64,000 bases of DNA from Eledone cirrhosa (Eukaryota). The stretch covers positions 286,502,001 through 286,566,000 of the forward strand of contig OZ024743.1 of assembly GCA_964016885.1 (NCBI GenBank), given 5' to 3'. Under the pieces are notes generated by a model. That model did not search any database, was not told where the DNA came from, and saw only the letters and a list, made by a program, of their open reading frames with translations. Positions 27,307 to 40,531 of this stretch are shown piece after piece. The translations under genes and the position numbers were made by a program. How positions within the stretch are numbered: position 1 is the stretch's first letter; each line of letters begins with the position of its first letter.

Positions 27307-28270
27307 GTAAGATCTATGTTATTGCTCAGTTTATAAATAATACCTAAATTAAAAATTGTAACTTTAATGAAATTTAGATTATGACAAAACTTTGGAAAAA
27401 GATTAAAAAATAAAAACTTAAAGACATTTCTGACAAAAAGTTGATTACAGTTTTGAAATATCTGAGTGGATTAACCATTTTATTTGAAAACCTTGATTAT
27501 GTCTAAAGTTTACAAACATACAAACCAAATATAGACAAGGACAAAACTTTAGAAACATCATAAGAAAATTAATTATTTCTATCTAAAACCAAGATTTATT
27601 ATTAAAGATCATAAATATCATGAGACATTTCAGTCAAAGAAAATATGTATTATAACTAAAATTTTAAGATATCGTAAAAATAGTTAACATAAAAAAATTA
27701 AGATTAAGAAGTATGATAAAAAATTTTAACAATTCCCTTTCATATTTCTATGATAAGATGTTGTGATATTCATGCTTTTCCTAATATCATTAACAACATA
27801 AATGAAATGAAATTAGATTGCATACAGGTAACACCAAGAACATATTGCCATGACAGTGCACTCAACAATATACTACTACTACTACAAATTCATATTATAA
27901 CAACCATTTCAAACTATTTTCCCCATTGCTCTCTCTTCATTCTACACTTTTAATTCATATGTATAGAAGTTTGTATTTGTAGTTAACCCTTGCTAGTGTG
28001 GAAAAATACTTTAAACAGCGATGATGCTGATGATGTATCTGTTGTGTGCATATGTTTATGATGACAATCTATTTGTAAAAATAGAACATATAATTTGTAT
28101 TACCAACAAGATTAAAAATATTTGATTTCTTGGTATGGAAACATAAGTTCAAACTATGGATCTTTCAGTCAGATGCACCATTTATTTCTTGCCTTAACCT
28201 GGTGGTTAATAAATATTGCACATTATAGCAAAAAGATATACAAGATAACCTTAAATAGCTTAACTGTTAG

Positions 28271-28519
28271 CAGGGGCAGTGGAAGCATTTCTGAATGAGG
28301 TGTGTGTGGGGAGGGGGGGGCAAATTTGGTCTATTTAGTTGTAGTGATTAGTTTAGCTGTTATCATCAAATATCAACCAAGATATAAAACACTTTGATAC
28401 GTGATAAACATATCATGTACATGAATTGTAGGGCATATACAAATAAATGTGTGTTTTGGTAGTTTGGGGAGAAAAATATAATTGGGGGATGCCCCCCACC
28501 CCCAGTTCCACCGCCCCTG
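28271..28519. mobile_element. MITE with 5-bp TSD (hAT5-like)
   Basis: TIRs caggggcagtggaa / ttccaccgcccctg; GTTAG at 28266-28270 and 28520-28524. Confidence 0.75.
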
Positions 28520-29029
28520 GTTAGTCATACAAGTAAAAAGGTTTAAGGTTGTTTTTAACCATAAAGTCTGTCAAACAAACCTATGAATAAAGGTGTTTAA
28601 GCCATGACTTTCACATCATTAAAAGAAAGAACATACAAACATAATGTATCTAGAACAATGTATCTAATTATTTTTAAAGTCAATACTGCACTGTGCCATT
28701 AAGTCAATGGCTTAAATTATGAGATGAAACTAATATGATCTTGTCAGGTTTTATCTTTAAAGCCAGTTGGCATGTTTTGATTTTATTAAACTTCTTCAAT
28801 AAAGCATAATCTGCCCAGTTAGGAAGACTTAGAAGAGATGATTTCTATATATAGAAACAAAAAGAATATAGTAACACTGAATATGAATATCTACAATATA
28901 GCATCAGGGGAAATAGCTCAGAGGAGCATTCTGCATACTAAATACATATACAGTAAGGCCTCACATATGTAATAATAGTAAATTGAGAAACTTTTATTGA
29001 CTGGGATTATACATTATACATACACACAC

Positions 29030-29312
29030 AAACAAACAAACACATACACATTTCACACATTCACAGACACACACATGCTTACACTCAGATTATCCATATA
29101 TACATCATACATGCACACACACACACACATACACACACAAATACATACACATTTCACACATTCACAGACACATACATGCTTACACTGAGATTATCCATAT
29201 ATACATCATACATGTACACACACACACACACACACAAACACATACACATTTCACACATTCACAGACACACACATGCTTACACTGAGATTATCCATATATA
29301 TATCATACATGT

Positions 29313-29320
<8 letters not shown>
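29030..29320. repeat. Three tandem ~100-bp CA-rich units
   Basis: catttcacacattcacagacac...atgcttacact(c/g)agattatccatatat...catacatg occurs three times. Confidence 0.9.
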
Positions 29321-29390
<70 letters not shown>

Positions 29391-29740
29391 TTATATATAT
29401 ATTTATATATATATTTATATATATATTTATATATATATATTATATATATATATTATATATATATATTATATATATATATTATATATATATATTATATATA
29501 TATATTATATATATATATTATATATATATATTATATATTATATATATATATTATATATATATATTATATATATATATTATATATATATATTATATATATA
29601 TATTATATATATATATTATATATATATATTATATATATATATTATATATATATATTATATATATATATTATATATATATATTATATATATATATATATTA
29701 TATATATATATTATATATATATATTATATATATATATATA
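29321..29740. repeat. ~420-bp pure A/T array, (TA)n with periodic TT/TTT interruptions
   Basis: Only A and T; roughly 11-12-nt higher-order unit. Confidence 0.95.
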
Positions 29741-30086
29741 TTATTCAAAATATTAACAAATGAAGATATTCACATAATCAAAATATATGCTTTATTATAT
29801 ATATTTTGAAGGTACTGTGTTGTTTTTTTTCCAGTACGTCCTCGTCAGATAAAATATGATTTGATATATGATATACCTCTACGGTCTTGGTATTTCAATT
29901 CCAGTATTGGCAGTGGATACTGGATTTGAAATATCAAGACCGTAGAGGTATATCATATATCAAATCATATTTTATCTGACGAGGACGTACTGGAAAAAAA
30001 ACAACACAGTACCTTCAAAATATATATAATAAAGCATATATTTTGATTATGTGAATATCTTCATTTGTTAATATTTTGAATAATAT
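29738..30086. mobile_element. Palindromic element A (170-bp arms, 9-nt loop) carrying inverted hammerhead-like motifs with G12>A
   Basis: Arms 29738-29907 and 29917-30086, 2 mismatches seen; plus-strand motif ttttat-CTGACGA(29976)-ggacgtactg..cagtaccttc-AAA-ATATATAT-A-ataaag. Confidence 0.8.
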
Positions 30087-30587
30087 TAAAACTCCAGGAA
30101 TATTTCTTTGTTGAGTGCTTTTAATCTATTGTAAAACTGTATTCATTGAGTAATCAATGAACCATATTAATCTTTGGTCATATATATATATATATACATA
30201 TATATATAATCGTTCATCGAGCAAACCTTGTTAAGGCAGACACCACACACACATATATACATATATATGAATATGTGTGTATATTTCATTATTATATTGT
30301 CCCAAACTCCCCTATGGTCGAGTTAACCTCGAGTGTATTAACTGTTTTTTCTAGCAAATACGTTATTCGCTCACTGTCCACCTTACTACCCTTCTGTGGA
30401 GGTCACAGAATGTGTGACGAAAGAGCTTTGACAAAATAACCATGATAATAAAGCTGAAGTGAAACTCAAATAGTGTATGTGTTGACTCAAATAGTGCATG
30501 TATTGACAACATGACTATCCCCAAATATAACAATAACTGTTTCAACACATGAATTCACATCAAGAATTTTGCAAAACAATTACATAC

Positions 30588-30627
<40 letters not shown>

Positions 30628-31037
30628 TCTGGTTACCCCCAACTGAACAGGATATTTATATATATATATGATCTTATGAAACATTGAGATGCTAGGTAAT
30701 TTTCTCAACCTGATTAGTTCTATTGTTACTTTGGTATGTATTGTGTGTTGGTTTCGCCTACCACAATGTTCGATTTGTCAAGCTATTTAAATGTATGTTA
30801 TTACTCTAAGGTCCTATCTTATTGAGTGCTTTGCTAACTCATCATTTCATATAAGTAGGCCGAATTTACTTGCAAACCGCCAGAGATTCGATTTTACTGA
30901 TTTCCAATTATATATAGATATATATATATATATACAGACCAGGATTTTTTTCATTCTGATGATTGAAAGCAAAATTGTTTGCTTTTAAGAAACCACTGGT
31001 AAATGGAATAATTGCCTTATGGTGTTTATTACATAAC

Positions 31038-31507
<470 letters not shown>

Positions 31508-32080
31508 ATATATATATGAATATATATATATATATATATATGAATATATATATATATATATATGAATATGTATATATATGAATATATATATATATATATA
31601 TATATGAATATATATATATATGAATATATATATATATATATATATATGAATATATATATATATAAGTGTGTGTGTGTGTGCGTGTGAGTGCGTACTTATG
31701 TCTGTGTGTATGTCTGTTTGTGAATGTGCAGCGCAACAGAATATATGAGTTAGTAGTGTAGGAAAAAGTGTATAGTTTTGTCCCTTTCTCCCCCTTTGTT
31801 TCCGTTTTCTTGTGTCAGTCGGTCAAATAATCATATTAATGCCATCAACATTATTACAAAATACCATTTTGCTTTTTAAAAAATCGATATTTGGCGTGCA
31901 TATAAATGCATGTAATTTGACTACGCATATTCTTCCATAAAGGGAAACCTGAATCCAAGTACACAACCATCTAAGGACGCACGCACTAGTAGATATATCA
32001 GCTTGTGAATGTTTGTACGCGTACGTTTATTTCTATGTGTGTTTTGTTTACCAGTTGTTTAAAAACATAAAGGTATCATT

Positions 32081-32168
<88 letters not shown>

Positions 32169-32338
32169 AAAAAGATGAGTACATGTACGTCAATACTCAT
32201 CTTTTTCCATTCCTCCGAGGGTTCTTAACCCCACTTATCAGGCTAAATAATTTCTTTAATTTCTTTAGTCAAAATACGGCGATAGCTTACATTTCTAATC
32301 ATTTCAAACCCACTCGCTGTTTCGAAAATATTCTTACT

Positions 32339-32384
<46 letters not shown>

Positions 32385-32469
32385 TGGTTACCGGCACACA
32401 CGCTTGAACACGCACATCAAATTTTCTAATGATAATCGGAGAGGAAGTCTTTCTACTGGGACACCTTTT

Positions 32470-33092
32470 CTTGTTGTTTTATCCAGGGTAACCCTGAAGC
32501 AGACTTATGACCAAAGGCGATCAGCCATGACCATCCCATATTTTGTTCAGACAGTGAATGTAGAACTAACACCAGTCTATGTATTTTAAAGAAATTATTG
32601 TTTAATATGAGGTAGATTAGATTGTTATTTAAAGCTGATTGAGTGACTGTATATAGGCATTTGTTCTTCAATGAGAGAGAGGAGTTTGCATTTTCAGGTA
32701 ATTTTATCGTTCCAAGTGTTAAAAAATTTTTTGGTTGTTCACTTTGCTTTTCATTTACTAGAGGTCGATTGATAAGCGAAGGACAAATATCATGCACACA
32801 CATATTATAGGAAGACTGACACACAAGAACGAAACATGAAAAAAAGAATAAAATAAACACGAGAAAAATAATCATGGGAAAACTTCAATAAATTATGGTT
32901 TCGTTTTGTCTGTGTGTAACTTTGATATAAATAACAATCAAATCTCCCTCATATTAAACAATACATTCTTTAAAATACATAGACTAGTGTTAGTTCTACA
33001 TTCACTGTCTGAACAAAATATTGGATGATCATGACTCGATCGCCTTTGGTCAAACGTCTGCCTCATTAGGGTTACCATGGACAAAACAACAT
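32470..33092. repeat. Inverted pair of ~140-bp repeat copies (32470-32611 and 32948-33092)
   Basis: atattttgttcagacagtgaatgtagaactaacac versus its exact reverse complement; flanking similarity on both sides. Confidence 0.85.
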
Positions 33093-33096
33093 CGCC

Positions 33097-33134
<38 letters not shown>

Positions 33135-33252
33135 TAAAATTATTGTGAGCAAGAAGCCAACAGTATGCAGAGGTTATATTTAATTTGTTAGGATTCAACA
33201 AGCTTAAAAAATTTTATAATTGATATAAAGCACTCGACAATTAGTGGAGTAA

Positions 33253-33586
33253 ATATACAATACAATATATTAACAAATGGAAACTATATTTATAAAACCA
33301 TATTTATTTTATTATACATATTTCAAGGTCCACCAAGGCAAATTCTGGTGCGCTTTCATCAGATAAAATACAATATAGATTTGTTTTATAAATAAATATT
33401 GACATACTCTGAAAAAAAGACAACCTTAACGGTATGTCAATATTTATTTATAAAACAAATCTGTATTGTATTTTATCTGATGAAAGCGCACCATAATTTG
33501 CCTTGGTGGCCCTTGAAATATGTATAATAAAATAAATATGGTTTTATAAATATAGTTTCCATTTGTTAATATATTGTATTGTATAT
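33253..33586. mobile_element. Palindromic element B (155-bp arms, 24-nt loop) carrying two inverted hammerhead motifs
   Basis: Arms 33253-33407 and 33432-33586, 3 mismatches seen; shares terminal atattaacaaatg and the tattttatCTGANGA context with element A. Confidence 0.85.
33469..33534 (+). ncRNA. Type I hammerhead ribozyme motif, intact core (mirror copy on - strand at about 33305-33370)
   Basis: tattttat-CTGATGA-aagcgcacca(taatttgcct)tggtggccctt-GAA-ATATGTAT-A|ataaaata; perfect 8-bp stem I; predicted cleavage after A33526. Confidence 0.8.
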
Positions 33587-33588
33587 AT

Positions 33589-34043
33589 CAGTGGCGAAGG
33601 GTAACCTGGAAAGCAGGGCATGCAGTCCAATCGCCATGGCGGAAAGTGGGATGTGCAACCTTACCCCCCCCCCCCAAAAAAAAAAATTCACTCTAAATGA
33701 CCCTACCAGTCAAAGCCGCATGTAGTGTTATCTAGTGTGTGTGTTATCTTTTTACGTGTCTACAATTTAGTAAGCAGCCAAAATTCTGCTTGCTTCAACC
33801 GACGCTGTTGTGTGTATGTGTGTATGTGTTATCTTTTTATGTGTCTACGATTTAGTAAGCAGCCAAAATTCTGCTTGCTTCAACCGACGCTGTTGTGTGT
33901 ATGTGTGTATGTGTTATCTTTTTATGTGTCTACGATTTAGTAAGCAGCCAAAATTCTGCTTGCTTCAACCGACGCAATTGATCAAGTCATGATTCTATAA
34001 CGCATGCACTGCATGCGTTGCCTGCATGCACCCTTCGCCCTTG
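33589..34043. mobile_element. hAT-like MITE in a TA tract, containing 85-bp tandem repeats
   Basis: TIRs cagtggcgaagggt / acccttcgcccttg; flanks gtatatat / atatatat; aaattctgct at 33781, 33866 and 33951. Confidence 0.8.
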
Positions 34044-34688
34044 ATATATATATATATAAAACAATGGGTCATGTATTGATCCTAGATAATTTTTGAACGT
34101 TTTCGACAGATCGTAGCGTTCGTGTATAATCGACGGACAAAAATGATAATATGGATTATGTTGTTATTGTAAACATGTCATGTTGAAATGTTAATTATTT
34201 TACTAGATGGACCGTAGAGTTTCTGATTTTATTTATCAAACGTGAATGGACAGGGAAATGAGAAGGAAAATAGATTTTTTTTTCCCCTGGACAACAACCC
34301 CGACTAAATACTGTGGTTTATATTAATTGTCATTAAATAATTGACTCTAAAATGGAAGCTGAATTTGTTTGAATAAAAACATTCAGTTTAGCAGACAACA
34401 GTTATATGCACTAAAGCGCATGCGTTAATTGATTGACTAGTTAAACAAAAATTGAGTCTTCGTTTTCTCATTCTTATCACTCCACAACCACCACCTCCAT
34501 TACGCCATCATTTAAACAAACACTACAGTTTTTAGTATATTCATCTGTGCGCGTGTGTGATGATTACATGTTAGTAAATAGTGTTCCGGCTCTTTATATA
34601 TATATATATACAGACATATTTTTCATTCGCACCGTTTCCTTTCGCTATATGTCTCTCCACCACTCCCCTACACACCTTTTGAACTCTC

Positions 34689-34720
34689 ACCTGAAGAAGG
34701 GCTTATGCCCGAAACGTCGT
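34689..34720 (+). ncRNA. Minimal hammerhead motif (Penelope-like)
   Basis: CTGAAGA-a-GGGC(ttat)GCCC-GAA-ACGT-C; only 2 bp of stem I; AATAAA about 40 nt downstream. Confidence 0.65.
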
Positions 34721-34898
34721 CCTCCACCTACCCCCCACTCTCCTGAGCGTGAATTTAATAAACATTTATCGTACTGCCTCTCTGTTCTGTCCCTGTTCAA
34801 TTTTTCATTATATATACAGACATACATACACACACGCAATACGACACAGTACATTGAAGAAATATATTAGTTTTACGCTTGATATAGTAGGAAAAGAG

Positions 34899-34934
34899 CC
34901 TTAACGTTTCGGACGCTAGTCCTTCATCAGAAAA
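34899..34934 (-). ncRNA. Minimal hammerhead motif (Penelope-like)
   Basis: Minus strand tttt-CTGATGA-a-GGAC(tagc)GTCC-GAA-ACGT-T-aagg. Confidence 0.7.
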
Positions 34935-35551
34935 TAGAATGATAAATTAAAGAAATGCTCTCGTGTCCCAAATAATAGGTCTGGCTGGAAGGAGGGGGGA
35001 GGGAATCGATAATTTTTCAAGATTGTATCCGTTGATTTAAAAAAACAAAACAGAATTAGTCGTTTAGTTTACATATTGAGACTCCAACCTATCCTATTTA
35101 TTTTAAAACGTATGGGATTTCTATTAATGTACTTTTTTGTCATATATAATCTTTTTAATGTCTAAAGAAAAATAATTGTCGCAGGAATGCTACCACTTAA
35201 AATAAAATTTCGCCGGAGATAGATTAGCAACATTTAATAAGCGGAGGGAGGTTGGAATACGAGCGGGGTGGTGGTGAAAAAATCTGAAAAATTAATAATT
35301 GTGTGGGGCGGGGGCTATTATTCGAAACTCGAGAGTAGAAAGATAAACGAGAGGCGACATTGGCAGAAACAAAGGAAATTAAAATCAGGAAGACCATAAA
35401 AGGTGACCAGTAATTAAGTTTCAAATCAGTTGCAGTGGAACTGTGCCAGAGATTAGGTGACACACACTGGAGTCTCTGATATATATTTACAGGACACCGA
35501 CTCGACTTGAATAAGATTATATATTGTCAACAACCTTAGAATTTCGACAGG

Positions 35552-35848
35552 CAGTGGTCACCAACCTTTCGGACCACTAAATTCCTAATTTTAAATCCCG
35601 TGGACCACTAATGTGAATTTCTTTAAACAAAGATAGATACATTTGTAAAATAATCGTCAGAGAACTTCCATTTTATTAATATGAAATGCACCTATTAGAA
35701 CATTGGGGGGGGGGGGGGGAATAGAATACATTTTAACTAAATAATATTTTTGTTATATTATTAATAAAACATAAAAATTGCAAATAATGTCCAAATTTTT
35801 CTGTGAACCACCAAAATTTTCTCTCGGACCACCGGTTGGCGACCGCGG
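35552..35848. mobile_element. hAT-like MITE
   Basis: Termini cagtggtcaccaacc / ggttggcgaccgcgg with subterminal ggaccac repeats; TSD not preserved. Confidence 0.65.
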
Positions 35849-35911
35849 CCTTAAGGCACCCATTAACTGACAATACATGTGTGAGCATGTATATGGATGT
35901 GAATAAGTGCA

Positions 35912-36387
35912 TGTATACACGAAAACATTCGATGCTCTCGGTACAATTTGTTCAACTTAGGTAGTAGACTGAATCTCTCGCCTCCTCCCTCATACAACAT
36001 TATCACCTGGCCGTTTAGGTGCCTTTAATGGCCTCCAATTAGTTGTGAAGTATAGAAGGCAGTTTATATCTAAACACAACTTCTCTTCCGCCCATTAGTC
36101 ATAGGGGCCCTAATAAAAATCATAGACACTGCTCTTCATCCTCTGACTTAGTTCAATTACACACGCGCGAGCCCCCCCCCCTCTCCACACACACACAAAT
36201 GTATATATATATATTATATATAAGCTTCAATAATCAAATCATATATTGTGTATAGAAATGACGTGTGTGTGTGTGAAAAAAAGCATATATTATGTATAGA
36301 AATGACTTTTTATATTACCTTTGTATATATTGTTTATTTGTTTTAAACACACACATATGTATGTGTGTGTGTGACACACACACACAC

Positions 36388-36448
<61 letters not shown>

Positions 36449-36925
36449 CACACACACACATACATATGTGTTAAAATCAATATATACAAATGTAATATAA
36501 AAAGTCATTTCTATACACAATATATGCTTTGATTATTGAAACTTAAATATAGGCTATTTTATTTACAAATTTTCATTAAAAAGAAAATTATATTTGAAAA
36601 CTGAAGGGAGACGATACACACGCACGCACATACCGGTATGTTTATAAATAAAACTATATATTTCAGTAGGTGTGTGTATACGGAGGACTTTGTTCGATGC
36701 TGAGTATTTGGAAGCTTTCCTATTTCTAGGTGGTAAACTGAATCTGTCACCCCTAAGTAACATTATCACCTGGCCCTTTGGGTATTTTTAGTGGTGTCTA
36801 CTTTGTTGTTGCTAGTATTCAGAGTAGATCATAAGTTTGAAGATAGCTGCTTCTCTTCTACTTGTCAGGCAGACACAGAGGCCCTGATAAAAGCCATAGG
36901 CTCAGCCCTTCATCCCTGATTTAGT

Positions 36926-36926
<1 letters not shown>
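35912..36926 (+). repeat. Diverged direct duplication (about 35912-36153 and 36676-36926) upstream of promoter P1b
   Basis: Collinear shared blocks ttcgatgct, actgaatct, aacattatcacctggcc, cttctcttc, ggccct.ataaaa, cttcatcc, ttagtt. Confidence 0.8.
36221..36545. repeat. Inverted duplication centred on (TA)n
   Basis: gtatagaaatgactttttatattac versus gtaatataaaaagtcatttctatac; ends ttcaataatcaaa / tttgattattgaa. Confidence 0.85.
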
Positions 36927-36967
<41 letters not shown>

Positions 36968-37086
36968 TATAACGTATTATATATAGTTACTAAAATCAAA
37001 CGGTTAAAAACATTGAAATTTTAACTAATGTTTCCGAGTCGATCACTGATAGAACATGCATGATGTATGCATGACTCAAGAATCAA

Positions 37087-37150
37087 CCAATCACAGTTAA
37101 GCCTGGTAGATGGGGTATAAAAGCTTGACTTTAGTGTATGCAGTTTACTG
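37087..37150 (+). promoter_or_regulatory. Arginine kinase proximal promoter (P1b)
   Basis: CCAATCA (37087), cctggtagatgggg, TATAAAA (37116-37122), initiator-like gcagttt about 26 nt after the TATA start. Confidence 0.75.
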
Positions 37151-37256
37151 TCGCACTTTCTTGCAGTTAGTCAATCCTAGCTGTAGTTGCGGGTCGTACA
37201 AATACAACCACTTTCTGCCTTATACCACTGCTTTCTTTTGCTCACAATCCAAGAAT

Positions 37257-37404
37257 ATGTCTGACCTTAAAGAATTGTGGGAACTTTTGCAAAAGGCCGA
37301 GAGTAAATCACTTTTGAAAAAACATTTGACACCAGCCAGGTATGAGAAACTGAAAAAACTGAAAACTAAATTCGGAGGCACTCTGGCAGATTGTATCCGT
37401 TCTG
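37257..37404 (+). CDS. AK: Arginine kinase alternative first exon 1b (MSDLKELW...ADCIRS-G)
   Basis: SLLKKHLT..KTKFGGTLADCIRSG; 148 nt; phase-1 donor G|gtaag. Confidence 0.92.
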
Positions 37405-39240
37405 GTAAGCTAAGAAAATGTTTAATAAATCAATATTATTTTAAATTTTACTTCATATAGACAAAACATCTACCGTTTATGAACAGGTTCCGAGAAATTG
37501 ATCTTTATATTACCCTCATATTCTTTTTAATAAAATATTGAAATAATGAGAAAATGTCTCTTCATAATTTTTTTTAAAGTTGAAATTAAATTAAACGTTA
37601 ATGAAATGTTCTTAGAGATTCTTGTATTATGAACATTTAAGGAATTCCACTTTATATTAAGAAAGGCTTTTGTCTTAGCAGCTTTTAAAAATTATAAACC
37701 GAAACGTTTAGCTCTTTCTCATTCATTGTTTCATTTACCTGATACATAAGATTAAATGGTGTGTATGTGATTTAAATAAAATATATATGAAACCACTTAC
37801 ATCAATGCTTCTCTCTTTTTATATTTAAAACTGAATTACTTCATTACATTATTAATCCTTAATATATGTAATATTCACTGGTATATCACGACTTCTAATT
37901 TTTAAAGAAATTATTTAATTTTCGTTCATGGTGTTATCATGTAATGGTCCGTCTTTCTGTTATTTCCTTAAGTATTTCGTCAATTTCAGCCACCAACGCT
38001 GCTCTGCTAGTTCGGAGCTGATAGAATTATGGTATATCCTGCTAGTAACGATAAATAACTAGATATATTATATATATATATATCTGCTGGCAAGCAAACA
38101 AACATTCTTCTATACACTACTTTCCTCACTAACAATATTATCTTAAATCTATCAGTTATCTGAATACATTTTAAATCGATGCAAATCTGTGTGCTGTTTT
38201 TCTAGCATTGTTGTAATGTTAGTAATTCTTAAATGACAAATAGTTCAAAGGTTTCTCATCAATTAATCTAAACAATAATTTGTTACGTTTTTTTTTTTTT
38301 TTTTTTTTTTTTTTCAATACTCTACTTGTCTCATCTCCTCTCTTTAATTAGCCGTATTAAATTGCTGTTCCTCTATTTTAATTCTCCATGCTAGTTTGAA
38401 TGATAACAAAATAACCTTCAGCCCTCCATCTATCAGTCGACATGTCTCATTTTTATCTTCCCTCAAGAGACTACTCGTATTCTTTTCATTTCTCGACATA
38501 TCACTGGATTTTTTTTTTCTTTTTCTTTCTAATAACTAAATTCGGTGAAACATTTGTTTTATATTTAATAAGAATTTTTTTCCCTATATCAAAATTATTA
38601 GATTGAAAACTAATTTTTATTTATTTACTGGCCTCACATTATTTATATATTTTTATTTTAGAAATAATATTCGATGAATAAAATATATGCAGCCAAAAAG
38701 GCTAATGCAATCTATAGTCTCTTTATTGTTTAACGTCTAGATTTATTTAACAGTAATATGACGATTAGGTAAAAGTTTACCTAATGGAGTTTTAGCAGGC
38801 AGCTAAAATTTAACTAGTGGAGGTTGTGACTCGTGCTTTTCCGAATGACATTAGTTATTTGGTTGGAGGTCAGCCCTGCTCGAGTAGACTTATAAAAAGT
38901 CATTCCAGCCATGACCATTCTATTTTCCTCTGTAGTGAACCCAATACCTCATTATTATAATGTGCCCTTTAAATTGGTGGGTGTGATTTAAAAGAAATTT
39001 GATTTATTTCTAGCATATCGTGTGACCATATAAAAGCTTCTTTAGGCGAATGACATGAGTGAAGTGAAATGGCGTCAAACCAGGAATTGAAACGGGTCGC
39101 TGAGTAGGGTCGCATTAATTTTACCAATTTCGAATATCATATTTGGGGCAGTTTTAGTGAATTATTAATCAGTCATATTTAATGAAAGTTCAAGATTTCA
39201 TATGTATGATTCAAAACAGATTCAAATGCCCCTGTAAAAA

Positions 39241-39271
<31 letters not shown>

Positions 39272-39893
39272 TAATGTATGCATAAAACTACCGGTCTTTA
39301 TATAAAATATAATTTAACATGTAAATGTTATCAACATTGGCTTCCACTCTTAGTTTCTTCAAATCTGTGTGTGTGTGTGTATATATATAATTTCATTTCG
39401 AAGTGACAACCATTGGACCAGTGGTGTTTTATTCTGCGGAGAAATCTTTTCTAAAACACGACTGAAAGCTTTTACGTAGGCATTAGACTTCAGTTTCTTT
39501 GCTCTTTAAATAAATGTTTAAAACATTATAATCTAAAAACAAATAACGTAAAACACTCAACATAAGCGTTACCTGAGATACGGAAATGATGAGTGCAGCG
39601 ACCATAATTTGTTCAGCAATAATTTTCTCCAAAATCCAAAGATGTTTTATATAATAAATTCTGGCTGCACTGTTAATCATTCTTGCAACTCATTGTCTGT
39701 ACAATGTTGAAGTATTCTGGCAAAGGATTAAGAAACAAATTAAATTAAGAAAAAAAAAGATTCTTATTGTGTGAAATACTATCTAGAATACAAAATAAAA
39801 TTATAAAGAGTCAGTGAATTAAGGTGAACGGGAAAAGTTACAACTTTGGGTGGAAAAAAAAGGTTGGCGAAAATTTGTTCACTCTTTAAACTG

Positions 39894-40531
39894 GATAATC
39901 TTGCCGAATACGGGCGTTTGGTGGTTATATATGGTTTATTTTGAATCACTGAAATGAGTTTCGTTTTGAATAATTCTAATTTGATTGAACTTTTTTTTTT
40001 TCGTAATACGACCACCAAGTGTGACAATCTGCAATACCTCACACTTTGGTTAACTGAACACTTTCAGGCGAGGCTCAGGCGCTGAAATAACCAGGCACCT
40101 TCACGGGCATCACCTGACATCTCAGTGAAGACAAGAGCTTCGCTGTCAGTGACCCAACTCCAACGAACCTCTCGAACGCCAGAAGCTGGAAAAAATAATT
40201 ATTCCGAATTTTGTTCCGTTCGGCAGCGGAAGCAATGACCCCTACATTCACCGCGGCGTCCTAGATGGGACACCTACTTCTCACCCAAGGACAAAGAGTA
40301 AGACCGTCTGGTCTCTCCCCATCACTTCTGGATAAACCAGCCGGCTCCAGAACTGCGGGGTTTTGTTTTCCCTTGCAAATATACTTCAAGCTAATTTCAT
40401 TTTAAAAGCATGTGTATTCCAAAAAAAAAGCAAGTCAGGCTAAAACGAAATTTATTGGTTTTAGTAATTCAAGAAAATCATTTGTTTTTAACACCCCCAC
40501 CCCAAAAGCGCACATATTCGGCAAGATTACC
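39894..40531. mobile_element. Probable MITE/non-autonomous DNA transposon
   Basis: taatcttgccgaatacgggcgttt versus aaagcgcacatattcggcaagatta as inverted termini; GC-richer interior; no clear TSD. Confidence 0.55.

Noticed and set aside
29176-29809. IY-rich ORFs
   Set aside because: Translation of the (TA)n array
37110-37256. N-terminal extension (targeting peptide) on exon 1b suggested by the ORF track
   Set aside because: The ATG at 37110 lies upstream of the TATA box and probable TSS, so it is unlikely to be transcribed
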